DNA of 64,000 bases from an uncultured Pseudomonadales bacterium (GCA_964491115.1 CAZBEW010000003.1:23026-87025); one strand, 5' to 3'. Counted from the stretch's first letter, positions 29,917-40,048 are shown. The notes: generated from the letters alone by a model not told the origin. Numbers and translations: made by a program.

Positions 29917-30321
29917 ATGAAATCTATAAAAAAAATTGCTTTAGGCTCCGCTAGCGCGTTGGGCAGCATGTTTTTAACAGCAAAAACTGTCTTGGCGGCA
30001 TCAATCTCAGATATTGAGGTCAGTCCAGGAACTGGTTATGCCACTGATTTTGGCAAGATGTTTAGCTCTGTCTTAAACATTGTGATGTTAATTGCTGCAG
30101 TTTTAGTATTTGCCTTCCTTATTTTCGGTGGTATTCAATGGATTACTTCCGGTGGTGATAAAAGCAAAGCTGAAGAGGCACGTAATAAAATTACATCAGC
30201 CGTTATTGGTTTAATCATTGTTGCTGCTTCTTACGCGGTAATTAACCTAGTGGTTAACTTCCTCGGATTTTCTGACTTCAACAGTGTTTTCAAAAACGTA
30301 ACCCCTATTAGCGGTAATTAA
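29917..30321 (+). CDS. VirB2/TrbC-like pilin (paralog 6)
   Basis: 'QWITSGGDKSKAEEARNKITSAVIGLIIVAA'; AAAGGAG RBS 7 nt upstream. Confidence 0.6.
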   Translation: MKSIKKIALGSASALGSMFLTAKTVLAASISDIEVSPGTGYATDFGKMFSSVLNIVMLIAAVLVFAFLIFGGIQWITSGGDKSKAEEARNKITSAVIGLIIVAASYAVINLVVNFLGFSDFNSVFKNVTPISGN

Positions 30322-30331
30322 ATAAATCACT

Positions 30332-30378
30332 ATCCCCTCTCTTTTCATGAAAACTTGGAATGAGAGGGGATTATTGTT
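30332..30378 (+). terminator. Hairpin (ATCCCCTCTC ... GAGAGGGGAT) followed by a T-rich run
   Basis: 10-bp perfect inverted repeat at 30332-30341 / 30362-30371 after the paralog-6 stop, then 'tattgttat'. Confidence 0.4.
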
Positions 30379-30390
30379 ATAATTAATATC

Positions 30391-30801
30391 ATGAATAGAG
30401 CAATCTCCCTATTTCCCATTGTTAAACAGGTCCAGGCCCAGACTAAAGAGTGGCAAACTATTAGTGAATACTGTGTTATTAATGATGTCGCTACCGTCCA
30501 AGGTGTGGGTTGTTTATTAGCTAATGTTTTGTCAGTTGCCCTGCGCTTACTTGGAATTACCGGCTTTATCATGATTGTTTATGCAGCTTTTAACCTATTG
30601 ATGTCGGCAGGAAATAGTCAAAAAATGGAAGAATCAAAAAAGACCATCACTTTTGCAATTATTGGAATTATTTTAGCTTTATCAGCCTTTATTATTATTA
30701 ATTTAATTGCAAATTTCACTGGAGTTAGTCTGGTGAAGGAATTTACCATCCCCAGTTCAGAAAAAAATTGGGTTTCACCTACGCCCACTCCCATTCCCTA
30801 A
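30391..30801 (+). CDS. VirB2/TrbC-like pilin (paralog 7, divergent)
   Basis: 'NLLMSAGNSQKMEESKKTITFAIIGIILALSAF' motif; true start uncertain. Confidence 0.5.
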   Translation: MNRAISLFPIVKQVQAQTKEWQTISEYCVINDVATVQGVGCLLANVLSVALRLLGITGFIMIVYAAFNLLMSAGNSQKMEESKKTITFAIIGIILALSAFIIINLIANFTGVSLVKEFTIPSSEKNWVSPTPTPIP

Positions 30802-30813
30802 AAATTTGAAATT

Positions 30814-31542
30814 TTATTGACCAAAGCGTCTTTGTCTTGAAGAATAGTCTGCGAGGGCTTTGGCAAATTGTTTTTCATCAAAATCTGGCATCAAAGTCGG
30901 GCAAAAATACAATTCGCTATAAACTGCTTGCCAAGGCAAATACCCAGACAAACGCTGCTCTCCACCCGGCCTAATTATTAGTTCTGGATCTGGTAATTTA
31001 ATGTCTTGCTGAGTATCTAAATATTTTTCTAGGAGCTCAACGCTTATTTGATGACTCTTTAAGTTTTTTTCTTCAGCAATTAAACGCTGAACCGCTCTAA
31101 TTATTTCGTCACGACCTCCGTAATTTAGTGCAAAAGTGACCACTAATTTGTGGTTATTTGCCGTTTCTTTTTTCCAATCTTCTACTCCACTTCTAATATC
31201 TTCAGGAAAATGACTTAAATCTCCAATGCTGTGCACCCTCACACCTTTTTTGTGCAAGCGTTCGGCTGCCGTCGCAAAAGTTTCACGAAATAGATTCATA
31301 ATTCCATCCACTTCTTCTTGATCACGCTGCCAATTTTCGGTACTAAAAGCCCAGAGCGTTAAAAATTTAATGCCAACTTGAATTGAGTAATCTGCTAAAC
31401 GCTCAATGGTTTCTTCTGCTGTTTTACGATGACCTTGTATAATCGCCAAGCCGCGTTTTTTTGCCCAGCGACGATTGCCATCCATGATAATTGCTACGTG
31501 TTGAGGGACTGCTACTTGCTGAGAAATTGTGCTTTTTTTCAT
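30814..31542 (-). CDS. uppS: Undecaprenyl diphosphate synthase
   Basis: 'HVAIIMDGNRRWAKKRGL', 'LTLWAFSTENWQR', 'RPGGEQRLSGYLPWQ'. Confidence 0.9.
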   Translation of the reverse strand: MKKSTISQQVAVPQHVAIIMDGNRRWAKKRGLAIIQGHRKTAEETIERLADYSIQVGIKFLTLWAFSTENWQRDQEEVDGIMNLFRETFATAAERLHKKGVRVHSIGDLSHFPEDIRSGVEDWKKETANNHKLVVTFALNYGGRDEIIRAVQRLIAEEKNLKSHQISVELLEKYLDTQQDIKLPDPELIIRPGGEQRLSGYLPWQAVYSELYFCPTLMPDFDEKQFAKALADYSSRQRRFGQ

Positions 31543-31546
31543 AATT

Positions 31547-32206
31547 TTAATTAGTTAAATTACTCGATTCTTCTAAAAATTGTTCAATAGCTTGAATAAT
31601 TTTGGGCTCCTGTAAAAACAGTTTAAACCAGGGCGTCAATATTAAACCAGGAATTTGCTGATTTTCTTTTAATTCTGACCAACTAAGCCAACGCACTTCA
31701 CTCACTTCTGCTGGATTCAATCCTATTGTTAAATCTTTAAGTCCTGACTCAGCAACTTGTTGCTCATCTAAAAAGAGAGCAAAAATATGATCTATTTCTC
31801 GCTCACTGTACTGATGATTACAAGCAACATGATACTTAAATACAAATATTTCTTTTAACTGTCGCTGAATATTTTTGGGGAAATTAATCCCCAACTCTTG
31901 ACGCAAGCGTCTCCATAAGCATTGTTGATGAGTCTCACCCTCAGCCACATTGCCACAGACTGTATTAGCCCATTGCTCTGCACCAACTATTTTTTGTTGA
32001 CTGCGCTTTTGCATTAACAATTCAACATCACCCTGTTGATTTTTTCTGAATAAAAATAAAGAAATTGCTTGATGAAGCAATGCTTCTCCCAAGTGAGCCT
32101 CATACTTGTCGGCACTAGCAATAATTTCATCATTGTCATTAACCAAATTCACTCGATCATAATTCACTGCGTTCTTTGTCATCTTTAGTATTTTAACAGA
32201 CAACAA
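31547..32206 (-). CDS. idi: Isopentenyl-diphosphate delta-isomerase, type 1 (Nudix fold)
   Basis: Aligns by eye with E. coli Idi: 'LHQAISLFLF' (LHLAFSSWLF), 'WANTVCGNV' (WTNSVCGHP), 'WRRLRQELGI' (RRCRYELGV), 'TPWFKLFL' (SPWMVM). Confidence 0.75.
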   Translation of the reverse strand: MLSVKILKMTKNAVNYDRVNLVNDNDEIIASADKYEAHLGEALLHQAISLFLFRKNQQGDVELLMQKRSQQKIVGAEQWANTVCGNVAEGETHQQCLWRRLRQELGINFPKNIQRQLKEIFVFKYHVACNHQYSEREIDHIFALFLDEQQVAESGLKDLTIGLNPAEVSEVRWLSWSELKENQQIPGLILTPWFKLFLQEPKIIQAIEQFLEESSNLTN

Positions 32207-32260
32207 GCAAAAACTGCTCTGCTAGAGTCGAACCAGCTTCGATGCTATAATTAAAGGTTC

Positions 32261-34588
32261 ATGGATAAACACTACCAAGCACAAGAAAATGAGCAAGAAA
32301 TCTATCAGCTTTGGCAAAAAGCTGATGCTTTTAATCCAGATAGCGAAGTTAATCAAAAGTTAAAAAACAATGATTTACCAAGCTTTTCTATTATAATGCC
32401 TCCGCCAAATGCTAATGATCCCCTACATCTTGGTCATGCTTGTTTTATTACCCTAGAAGATATTTTAATTCGTCACGCGCGAATGAAAGGCCACGACACT
32501 CTCTGGCTGCCTGGAGCAGATCACGCCGGAATCGAAACTCAATTTGTCTTTGAAAAAAAACTCAAAAAAGAAGGAAAAAGTCGTTTTCAATTTGATCGGC
32601 AAGATTTATATCAAATGATCTGGGATTACGTGGCAGAAAATAGTCAAACTGCCATTCAGCAAAGCAAACAGCTTGGTGCTAGTGCCGACTGGAGTCGTTT
32701 CAAATTTACCCTAGATGAAGATATCGTCAACAGCGTTTTAACTAATTTTGCAAAAATGATTAATGATGGATTGATTTATCGCGCTAATCGCTTGGTAAAT
32801 TATTGTCCAAAATGTGGCACTAGTTTTAGTAATCTAGAAGTCGATCATCAAGAAGAACGAGGCGCTCTTTATTATTTAAAATATGGGCCAATTACTATTG
32901 CTACCACTAGACCTGAAACTATTTTCGCTGATGTGGCTATTGCCGTTCACCCTCAGGATAAAAGATATCAAAAATATCACGGTCAAATTATTGAATATCA
33001 AGGCTTGCTAGGTTTGGTTAAACTTAAAGTTATCGCTGATGACTTTGTTGATCCAGAGTTTGGTACTGGCGCAGTCAAAATCACCCCTTTTCATGATTTT
33101 AATGATTTTGCTTTTTGGCAGAGACATCAAGCAGAACTAGAATCAGCTGTGGCAAAAAATGGGCTGGGTTATGTGGACTTGAAAGAACTACTGATTAAAG
33201 AAAAAGAACTGAGCGAAGAAGAAATAAAATCACCAGCAATTGCTGTAGATTTTAGCGGTAAATTAACCAAATTTACTGGCAAATATGCTGGAACAAAAGC
33301 TCTAATTGCCAGAGAAGCAATCGTCAAAGATTTGCAAGAAAGCAATCTCATCGAAAAAATTGATAATAATTACCTGCACGCCGTCACCAAGTGCTATCGC
33401 TGTAATAGCAACATCGAACCTCTAGCTCTTCCCCAGTTTTACGTCAAAGTTGCTCCACTCACTCAGGCAGTTTTAGAAAAAATCGACAATAAAACATTAA
33501 CTATTCATGGTGCTGGTTACGACAAAATCCTCAAGCATTGGTTAAAAAATTTAGAAGACTGGAATATTAGTCGGCAAATTGTTTGGGGTATTCGTTTGCC
33601 TATCTGGTATGACATTGAGCAAAATCCTAACTTAAGAATTAGCTTTATAGATAAAAATCAAGAAAGGGTGACCGGACTAATTGCCGAGCTAATAAAAAAA
33701 CACAGCTTTCAAGAAATCGAGTCTGGCCTACAAAGCTTAAGCGCCCCAATTAATGCCCAGTTTATCGTGAATAAAAATAAACCAGATGAAAACGGGCAGT
33801 TTTTACAAGAAACCGACACTTTTGATACTTGGTTTTCTTCAAGTCAGTGGCCAGTTATTACTCTACAAAATAATCAAAAAAGTGACTTTGAGCGCTTCTA
33901 CCCCACCACCGTTATGGAAACTGCCTACGACATTCTAGTTTTTTGGGTGATGCGCATGCTGATGATGGGTCTCTATCTCACTAAAGAATTGCCTTTTAAG
34001 AAAATTTACTTGCACGGGCTCATTAGAGATGCTAAAGGTCAAAAAATGAGCAAGAGCAAGGGAAATGTGGTTAATCCACTAGAAATAGGCGAAAAATACG
34101 GCACTGACGCGCTTAGAATGGCCATCGTCATTCGATCTACTGCTGGTTTAGACAAAAGTATTAGCGAAGCAGATTTTAAGGCTATGCGCAACCTTAATAA
34201 CAAGCTCTGGAACGCTGCTCGTTTTATTCTGTTGCAAATAAAGCAAGATTCCAAAGCCAAGACAGAAGAAAAAAAATTAGACGAGCAATTTACTAAAAAA
34301 TTGCAAGAAATTGTGGCAAGCGTTAGTCGCAATCTTGACCAACTACAAATTGGTTTAGCAGCAGATACTTTACACAATGAATTTTGGCACTGGTTTTGCG
34401 ATCAATGTATAGAAGAATCAAAAAAAGACTTGATAAGTCAAGAAAAATTGCTTGAGGGTTTAATAGTTTTTTTGAAATTATTTCACCCTTTTATTCCCTT
34501 TGTTACAGAAAAAATTTGGCAAATTCTAGTTACTGAACAGCTAGTCGATGAGCCTATGCTTATGACTAGCCCCTGGCCCAGATGTTAA
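32261..34588 (+). CDS. valS: Valine--tRNA ligase (compact form lacking the long C-terminal coiled coil)
   Basis: HIGH motif 'PPPNANDPLHLGHA', KMSKS 'KMSKSKGN'; N-terminal region tracks E. coli ValRS closely (MDKHYQAQENEQEIYQLW...). Confidence 0.9.
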   Translation: MDKHYQAQENEQEIYQLWQKADAFNPDSEVNQKLKNNDLPSFSIIMPPPNANDPLHLGHACFITLEDILIRHARMKGHDTLWLPGADHAGIETQFVFEKKLKKEGKSRFQFDRQDLYQMIWDYVAENSQTAIQQSKQLGASADWSRFKFTLDEDIVNSVLTNFAKMINDGLIYRANRLVNYCPKCGTSFSNLEVDHQEERGALYYLKYGPITIATTRPETIFADVAIAVHPQDKRYQKYHGQIIEYQGLLGLVKLKVIADDFVDPEFGTGAVKITPFHDFNDFAFWQRHQAELESAVAKNGLGYVDLKELLIKEKELSEEEIKSPAIAVDFSGKLTKFTGKYAGTKALIAREAIVKDLQESNLIEKIDNNYLHAVTKCYRCNSNIEPLALPQFYVKVAPLTQAVLEKIDNKTLTIHGAGYDKILKHWLKNLEDWNISRQIVWGIRLPIWYDIEQNPNLRISFIDKNQERVTGLIAELIKKHSFQEIESGLQSLSAPINAQFIVNKNKPDENGQFLQETDTFDTWFSSSQWPVITLQNNQKSDFERFYPTTVMETAYDILVFWVMRMLMMGLYLTKELPFKKIYLHGLIRDAKGQKMSKSKGNVVNPLEIGEKYGTDALRMAIVIRSTAGLDKSISEADFKAMRNLNNKLWNAARFILLQIKQDSKAKTEEKKLDEQFTKKLQEIVASVSRNLDQLQIGLAADTLHNEFWHWFCDQCIEESKKDLISQEKLLEGLIVFLKLFHPFIPFVTEKIWQILVTEQLVDEPMLMTSPWPRC

Positions 34589-35007
34589 AAAAAATCAAAA
34601 ATTTTATTTTACTGGCTATATTCATTATCCGCCTGTTAACCAGCCTGCTTGTTTTTGGCACTCAGTTTCTCTTGCTAAAATTAAACAAAAAGAGAGCTTT
34701 AACTCCCCTATTGTTACTTGTTTTTTTAATTATTTGTCTAATTAATTGGCAATTGTGGCAAAAGAAGAAAAACCCGATAATTCAACTAAAACCCGCTCTT
34801 AGCCAAAATTCTGGTGAAATTTTGTTTGCGCTGGATCAGCAGGAAATGCAAAGTTTAAAAAACTTTTACTATAATTTAGAAAATAGACAAAAAAACAATC
34901 GAGATGTCTTATTTAATTTAGGTAAATTGCTAGAATTAGACGATCAAGATCTGGCTGAAGAAAAATTTAGACAGTCTTGGGAACTCGATCCAAATTATTT
35001 AAGGTAA
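34582..35007 (+). CDS. Hypothetical membrane protein
   Basis: ORF with two N-terminal TM segments. Confidence 0.3.
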   Translation: MLKKIKNFILLAIFIIRLLTSLLVFGTQFLLLKLNKKRALTPLLLLVFLIICLINWQLWQKKKNPIIQLKPALSQNSGEILFALDQQEMQSLKNFYYNLENRQKNNRDVLFNLGKLLELDDQDLAEEKFRQSWELDPNYLR

Positions 35008-35061
35008 ACTTTAGCTGTCAACTCACACTGGCAAACCATTAAATGTCGACGCTGATTTTCT

Positions 35062-35757
35062 TTAATCCTCGCTCTTTTCTGACCCTGATCCCTGATTAGC
35101 CTCGGCTTTTTCAGCTTCAGCTTTTTCTGAACGTTCTGCTTCGCCAATTACTTCTGGTTCTACCAATTCTTCGCTAACTTCTTCCACCTCTTCTTCTGCT
35201 TGGGCCTGGACAGACACCAATACCCGCTCGCTGGGATCTTCATCTTCTGCTAAAACCAATTGAATTTTTTCTTTGTCATAGATTAAATCAGCCAATGAAA
35301 AACTGTCGCCAATGGCTTTTAGATTACTAGCATCAAAAACAAATTTCTCTGGAAAATCGGTTGGTAAAGCTTCGATTTCCACTTCATCTTGAACCGTGAT
35401 TAACACTGCATCTACAACATCGAATTCGCCAACAACTTCTACTGGAATCTTGGCAGTGATTTTTTCTTTTAAGTCAACGCCACGAAAAACCACGTGTTCA
35501 AAGTTGCTACCTAAATAATCTTTAGTTACTTGATCAATAAGCGCTGGAATGGCCTTGCTTTCTCCCTCAATGTTTAAATAGACAAGTCCAGTCTCCCCAA
35601 CTTCTTGATAAAGCTTAGTAAAAGCGACTGGATTGATTTCCAAAGCAATCGAATCCTTTTTTGGAATATAAACGTTAGCTGGCAAAAGACCAAGTCGACG
35701 TAGTTGCTTGGCTTTTTTAGCCGAGCGTTTGTTTGCATTAAATTTAGTTTGTGTCAT
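35062..35757 (-). CDS. rplY: 50S ribosomal protein L25 / general stress protein Ctc form with acidic C-terminal tail
   Basis: 'RSAKKAKQLRRLGLLPANVY' N-terminus and 'HVVFRGVDL' resemble the L25/Ctc family; Glu/Ala-rich tail. Confidence 0.7.
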   Translation of the reverse strand: MTQTKFNANKRSAKKAKQLRRLGLLPANVYIPKKDSIALEINPVAFTKLYQEVGETGLVYLNIEGESKAIPALIDQVTKDYLGSNFEHVVFRGVDLKEKITAKIPVEVVGEFDVVDAVLITVQDEVEIEALPTDFPEKFVFDASNLKAIGDSFSLADLIYDKEKIQLVLAEDEDPSERVLVSVQAQAEEEVEEVSEELVEPEVIGEAERSEKAEAEKAEANQGSGSEKSED

Positions 35758-35969
35758 AAGCAGATTTCCTATTTTTCTCGAAAGTTTCCTTTGACAGGGT
35801 AAACGGTTTACTATTCTACCACATAGCTCGCAAAATCTCTCAAATGATTTACCCGAAATTCAGCGAATGAAATAGATCAATTAAATCCGACTTTTCTTAA
35901 AAAAAATAAGGCAATAAAGCGCCATAGATCGTTGTATTTAGATAAAAAAGGCCATTTTATCACGTGAAA

Positions 35970-38900
35970 TTAAAAAGCGACGGCAAAGAGAAAATTGTCC
36001 TGATTATTATTTACAAAGTTAATTTCTTTATTTTCATATGTTGCTTGAGGCGCAATCAACTTAGCTTGAAAACTTTCCGCAAACAAAACTCTATAGTTAC
36101 TTGTTTTGTTAAAGATGCCCGCTTGTTTTTGGTCTAAAAACACATAGGAAAATGGCACTTTTAACTGATGTGGTATTAAATAAATTAACTCTAGTTCTCC
36201 AGTCGAAAGAATTGGCACTGTAAACTTATGAGAGAGCACCAACCTGTTGCTTTCCTCAAATAAATTGTAGTCACCAGAGGGGAGCGCTATTCCATTAAAA
36301 CTAATTTTTTCCAACTGAGCGCTTTTTGGTAAATAAAATTTTAAATAACTTTGATAATTTCCCTCAGGCCAGTAGTTTTGCCGACTCAAATTATTAAATT
36401 TAATCACCCGCTTGTGTCTAATAAATTTATCACTTATCCCAACGCTGTGATTAATTTCTTGAGTAATTAGACGATTAACCTTATTCAAACCAACATTATT
36501 TTCCAACTGATAAATTCCATCGGTAAAACACTGCTCAGAGTTATTGCTAAAGTCGCTTGGGCAAGGCGTGTCCAGAATGCCACCAGACCATAGGTTTTTT
36601 TGTAAAATGTTTGCCAACTGTTCGTCTCTACTAGTCATAAAAGTTTCTCGAGTTTCTAGGGTTGAAATAAATTCTGCGAATACTTGCTCGAACTCAGTGG
36701 CTGACATAGCTAACAGTCGATTGGCTATCTCCTTACTTAGCTCGCTAAAATCAAAATTCTCTTGTCTCAACAATTCTTCAAAAAAGTTGTTTTCGTTTAC
36801 AGAAACATTATTTATTGTAATGGGGTAGAGGGGCTCAGCAATCTCGGCCAAATTCTTACTGTTTATACCGATAATTAAATCAGGAGTTAAACTCAAACTT
36901 TGCTCGATAAACCAAGCTATATCTGTTCCAGCATCAACAAAATTAACCGGCCAATTAGCATCTCTCAATTGTAGTTTTTCTGCAAGCAACAATTGCTTAA
37001 TTTCATCATTAGCAATTCGATCGCCATAAATTCTTTGGTCAAGAGTTGGCACATCATAAACTTGCCAATTCAACAAACGACTATTTTCAAAACTTAAAGT
37101 AATTACTGAAACTAAAAAACCACCGCCAGAGCGCAACTCATTGCTGTCTTGAACCAGTAACACAATGTTACTGCGCGCCGGACTAAGAATGAGCTGACTT
37201 AAAGCCTCTAAAAATACATGTACTCGCTGCTGAATTTTTATTTGTTTAAGCAACTGTGTTTGATAATTTGAGATTATTTTAGCCCTGTTTTCAGACAAAA
37301 TATCTAAATTAAGTTGCTCCAGCTGGTTATATAACACTTGTTGCTGTTGAGAGTGCTCCTTGCTTTTATTTAAGAAAATTGACCAGAATTCTTCTGGGTC
37401 GCCATTAGTTGTTAAAACTTCTTGATATAAGTTATATGAATCAGTCCTTAAATCTTTGGCAAGTTTTTGTTCTTGAGATATTTCATTAAAAATTTGCCAA
37501 TAATTTAGTGGAGTAGAGAGGATGTCACGACCAAGAATTTTTTGATAATTGTCTAATTGCCATTTAAAAAAACCAGTTTTTCTCTGGCTCACGTCAAAAC
37601 TCTGCTCAAAAGATTGAGTTTCTTGTTTTTCCATAAACGACAGTAAATTATTTTCAAAGCTTTTTTGTGATAAATAAAAAGTTGCAAATAAAATTAGGGT
37701 TAAGCTGCCGCAAGTTGCCAAAAATATTCCAATGTAAAAAGATAGGCGACGAAATTTACTTTTTTTAACAATTTTATGCGCGCCTTTCAGATTTTTGTTA
37801 AAACGATCGTCTTGTCGCTCTCTTTGTTCACTGCGAAAAATATCTTGTAGTTTTTTATCAATATTAACTGATTTATCAATCTTTTTTTTAATTACTTTGT
37901 TTTCATTGCTTTTAACAATAGGCTTTTCTTCTACAAAATTATTAGTTTTTGACAAGTTTTTTTTCTCTTCCGCCTTATTGCTAGGCGGGGGAACTGCTTC
38001 CTCACCTAAGGGAGCTGTTTCCTCATCTAACTGTGTTTTTTCCTCACTCACTTGTATTTTTATTTTGTCTTTTGCGGGCTCTGGCTCGCTCACTTTCGGC
38101 GTTTTAACTTCTTCCTGGCTAGTTCTTTGTGCGGGACTGTTGTCGGTAGTTTTTTGAGCCTGAATTGTCAGCAAATCCTGAGAAAGATGTTTTAACTCTG
38201 TGTTTAGAGATACGGGTAAACGACGAATTTTTTGATCTAGGATTCTATTGACAGATTCATTAGGGTAATAGGTTTTAATAAAATTGGCTAAAAGAGCCTC
38301 ATTTTCTTGTTTTTTTACAAAAAGTTGGGCAATGCTAAATTTTTCAAGAAAATAACGATCGCAAAGATCACGCGCCTTTTCTAAAAAATTCGCCGCTGTT
38401 TCTTTCTGACCCCTTAACAACAACCTTCCTCCAGGTTTAGCTTGAAAAAATATTTTCTCAAAATGTTTTAAAAAACCCTCTTTGCTTTGCCAACAACACT
38501 GATCCTGACTGTTTAAGAGTAAGTGTTGATCAAAAAGGGAAAAATATAAATTAAACTTCGGGCTAAAATCAAACTCTAGATCAACATAGTCTTCCAGCAA
38601 ACAGAATTGCGCTAAAGGAAAACTTTTTAAAGCCTTGTTTAAAAAGCTATTTTGCCTAGTCCAAAATAATTTAAAACTGTCCAGCCTCAAGTCAATAGCA
38701 TCAATCGGGCTCGAATAATTAATCAAGAAAGATGTTGGCAGAGCCTGACTTTCTTGAACAAAACTTTCTTCAATCGCTTGAACCACCCTCAATAAAAAAT
38801 CGGGATTTTCTGCAAAATTAGGCTTAAAACCTGTGACAACTAGCAATTTATAAACCGCTATTTGTCTTATTGCTTGGTATTCGGCCAGCGCTTGTTCTGG

Positions 38901-39062
38901 CTCAAGAAACGACTTTGCAAATAAGAGCTTAACATTCAAATTGTTGTTTTCAAAAAAAGTTATTAATTGTCTGGTGAAAGCGTTTTCCTCCTCAACTAAC
39001 AATAACACCGTCGGTTGCACCTCGGAAACTTCAGTGATTAACTGTTTTTTTTGGCCAAACAT
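35970..39062 (-). CDS. Large bitopic membrane protein: cytoplasmic N-domain, Lys/Glu-rich linker, TM, extracytoplasmic DUF4012-like domain
   Basis: 'LLVQDSNELRSGGGFLVSVITLSFENSRL' resembles the DUF4012 signature (N.E.R.tGG.ig); single TM 'LSFYIGIFLATCGSLTLILFATFYL'. Confidence 0.45.
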   Translation of the reverse strand: MFGQKKQLITEVSEVQPTVLLLVEEENAFTRQLITFFENNNLNVKLLFAKSFLEPEQALAEYQAIRQIAVYKLLVVTGFKPNFAENPDFLLRVVQAIEESFVQESQALPTSFLINYSSPIDAIDLRLDSFKLFWTRQNSFLNKALKSFPLAQFCLLEDYVDLEFDFSPKFNLYFSLFDQHLLLNSQDQCCWQSKEGFLKHFEKIFFQAKPGGRLLLRGQKETAANFLEKARDLCDRYFLEKFSIAQLFVKKQENEALLANFIKTYYPNESVNRILDQKIRRLPVSLNTELKHLSQDLLTIQAQKTTDNSPAQRTSQEEVKTPKVSEPEPAKDKIKIQVSEEKTQLDEETAPLGEEAVPPPSNKAEEKKNLSKTNNFVEEKPIVKSNENKVIKKKIDKSVNIDKKLQDIFRSEQRERQDDRFNKNLKGAHKIVKKSKFRRLSFYIGIFLATCGSLTLILFATFYLSQKSFENNLLSFMEKQETQSFEQSFDVSQRKTGFFKWQLDNYQKILGRDILSTPLNYWQIFNEISQEQKLAKDLRTDSYNLYQEVLTTNGDPEEFWSIFLNKSKEHSQQQQVLYNQLEQLNLDILSENRAKIISNYQTQLLKQIKIQQRVHVFLEALSQLILSPARSNIVLLVQDSNELRSGGGFLVSVITLSFENSRLLNWQVYDVPTLDQRIYGDRIANDEIKQLLLAEKLQLRDANWPVNFVDAGTDIAWFIEQSLSLTPDLIIGINSKNLAEIAEPLYPITINNVSVNENNFFEELLRQENFDFSELSKEIANRLLAMSATEFEQVFAEFISTLETRETFMTSRDEQLANILQKNLWSGGILDTPCPSDFSNNSEQCFTDGIYQLENNVGLNKVNRLITQEINHSVGISDKFIRHKRVIKFNNLSRQNYWPEGNYQSYLKFYLPKSAQLEKISFNGIALPSGDYNLFEESNRLVLSHKFTVPILSTGELELIYLIPHQLKVPFSYVFLDQKQAGIFNKTSNYRVLFAESFQAKLIAPQATYENKEINFVNNNQDNFLFAVAF

Positions 39063-39096
39063 TGTTTGCCATCATTGTAAATTAAAGCCAGGACAA

Positions 39097-39525
39097 TTAA
39101 CAAGCTCGATCCATTGCTTCGTTTGCCAAATAGTCTGCGTTTTGATTTTTTTCTCTAAGCAAATGATTGATCTTAATCGAGTAGGGTAGGGTGCTTAAAT
39201 TTTTCCAAGCGTTGTCTGCTAAACTTTTTAACTCAGTTTTTTTAATTTTCCAACGGCGATTGATTTGTTCAACCACTAATTTTGAATCTAGATAAAACTC
39301 GACACCACCAATCACCCCGGGGTTTTTAATTTCATATTGCATTAAATAATCAAGTGCCAACAAAAAAGCCAAATATTCTGCCTCATTGTTGGTTTTAGTA
39401 CCTAAAAAGCGTGATTCTCGATAAAATTCTTGGCCATTAGCATCTTCCATATACACTCCCGCACCTGCTAAGCCAGGATTCCCCCTAGAACCACCATCAG
39501 TGAAGACTTTTATGTTTTTTTTCAT
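39097..39525 (-). CDS. rnhA: Ribonuclease HI
   Basis: 'VFTDGGSRGNPGLAGAGV', 'TNNEAEYLAFLLAL', 'DSKLVVEQI', 'NADYLANEA'. Confidence 0.85.
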   Translation of the reverse strand: MKKNIKVFTDGGSRGNPGLAGAGVYMEDANGQEFYRESRFLGTKTNNEAEYLAFLLALDYLMQYEIKNPGVIGGVEFYLDSKLVVEQINRRWKIKKTELKSLADNAWKNLSTLPYSIKINHLLREKNQNADYLANEAMDRAC

Positions 39526-39571
39526 GACTCTCTGATTATTAACGCATAATTAGCGCATTATTCTCGCAAGC

Positions 39572-40030
39572 TCAAGTGTTTTTCAATTCTACAATTAGCA
39601 CTCGGCCCAAATCTCTATCTTCAGAATGACTGTGTAAATCTTTAAACTCTGGGTTTTCTGCTATCAATTCGTGAACCAAGTGTCTTTCGTAGGAATTTAA
39701 ATAGCGAAGTTCACTAGGCCTGCCAGTTTCTAAAACCCGCTGTGCCAAATCATAAGCCTTTTCTTTTAAACGCTCTTCTTGGCGAACTTTATATTGATTA
39801 ATATCTAAGACAATTAGCTTATCGGGATATTCGTCTTTAAAGCTTAACTTGCACAACAACTCGATTGCCTCAAGTGTTTCGCCTCGATTGCCAATGAGCA
39901 GGGCCGTATCTTCTTCGTCGGTTTGAATATAAATTTGTACCCGTTTTTCTCCTTCCTCAATTTTGATTTCAATCTCACCCTCAAAACCAAGGTGCTCTAT
40001 AAGTTTGCTTAGGTATTCTTCAATTTTCAT
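39572..40030 (-). CDS. jag: Jag/KhpB-like RNA-binding protein (KH + R3H)
   Basis: 'ALLIGNRGETLEAIELL' (KH) and 'LNSYERHLVHELIAENPE...HSHSED' (R3H); directly downstream of yidC. Confidence 0.6.
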   Translation of the reverse strand: MKIEEYLSKLIEHLGFEGEIEIKIEEGEKRVQIYIQTDEEDTALLIGNRGETLEAIELLCKLSFKDEYPDKLIVLDINQYKVRQEERLKEKAYDLAQRVLETGRPSELRYLNSYERHLVHELIAENPEFKDLHSHSEDRDLGRVLIVELKNT

Positions 40031-40048
40031 ATAAAATCTTTGGGTTGT

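Noticed and set aside
30345-30572. 75-aa minus-strand ORF
   Set aside because: Overlaps the terminator hairpin and pilin paralog 7 on the opposite strand; no coding signal.
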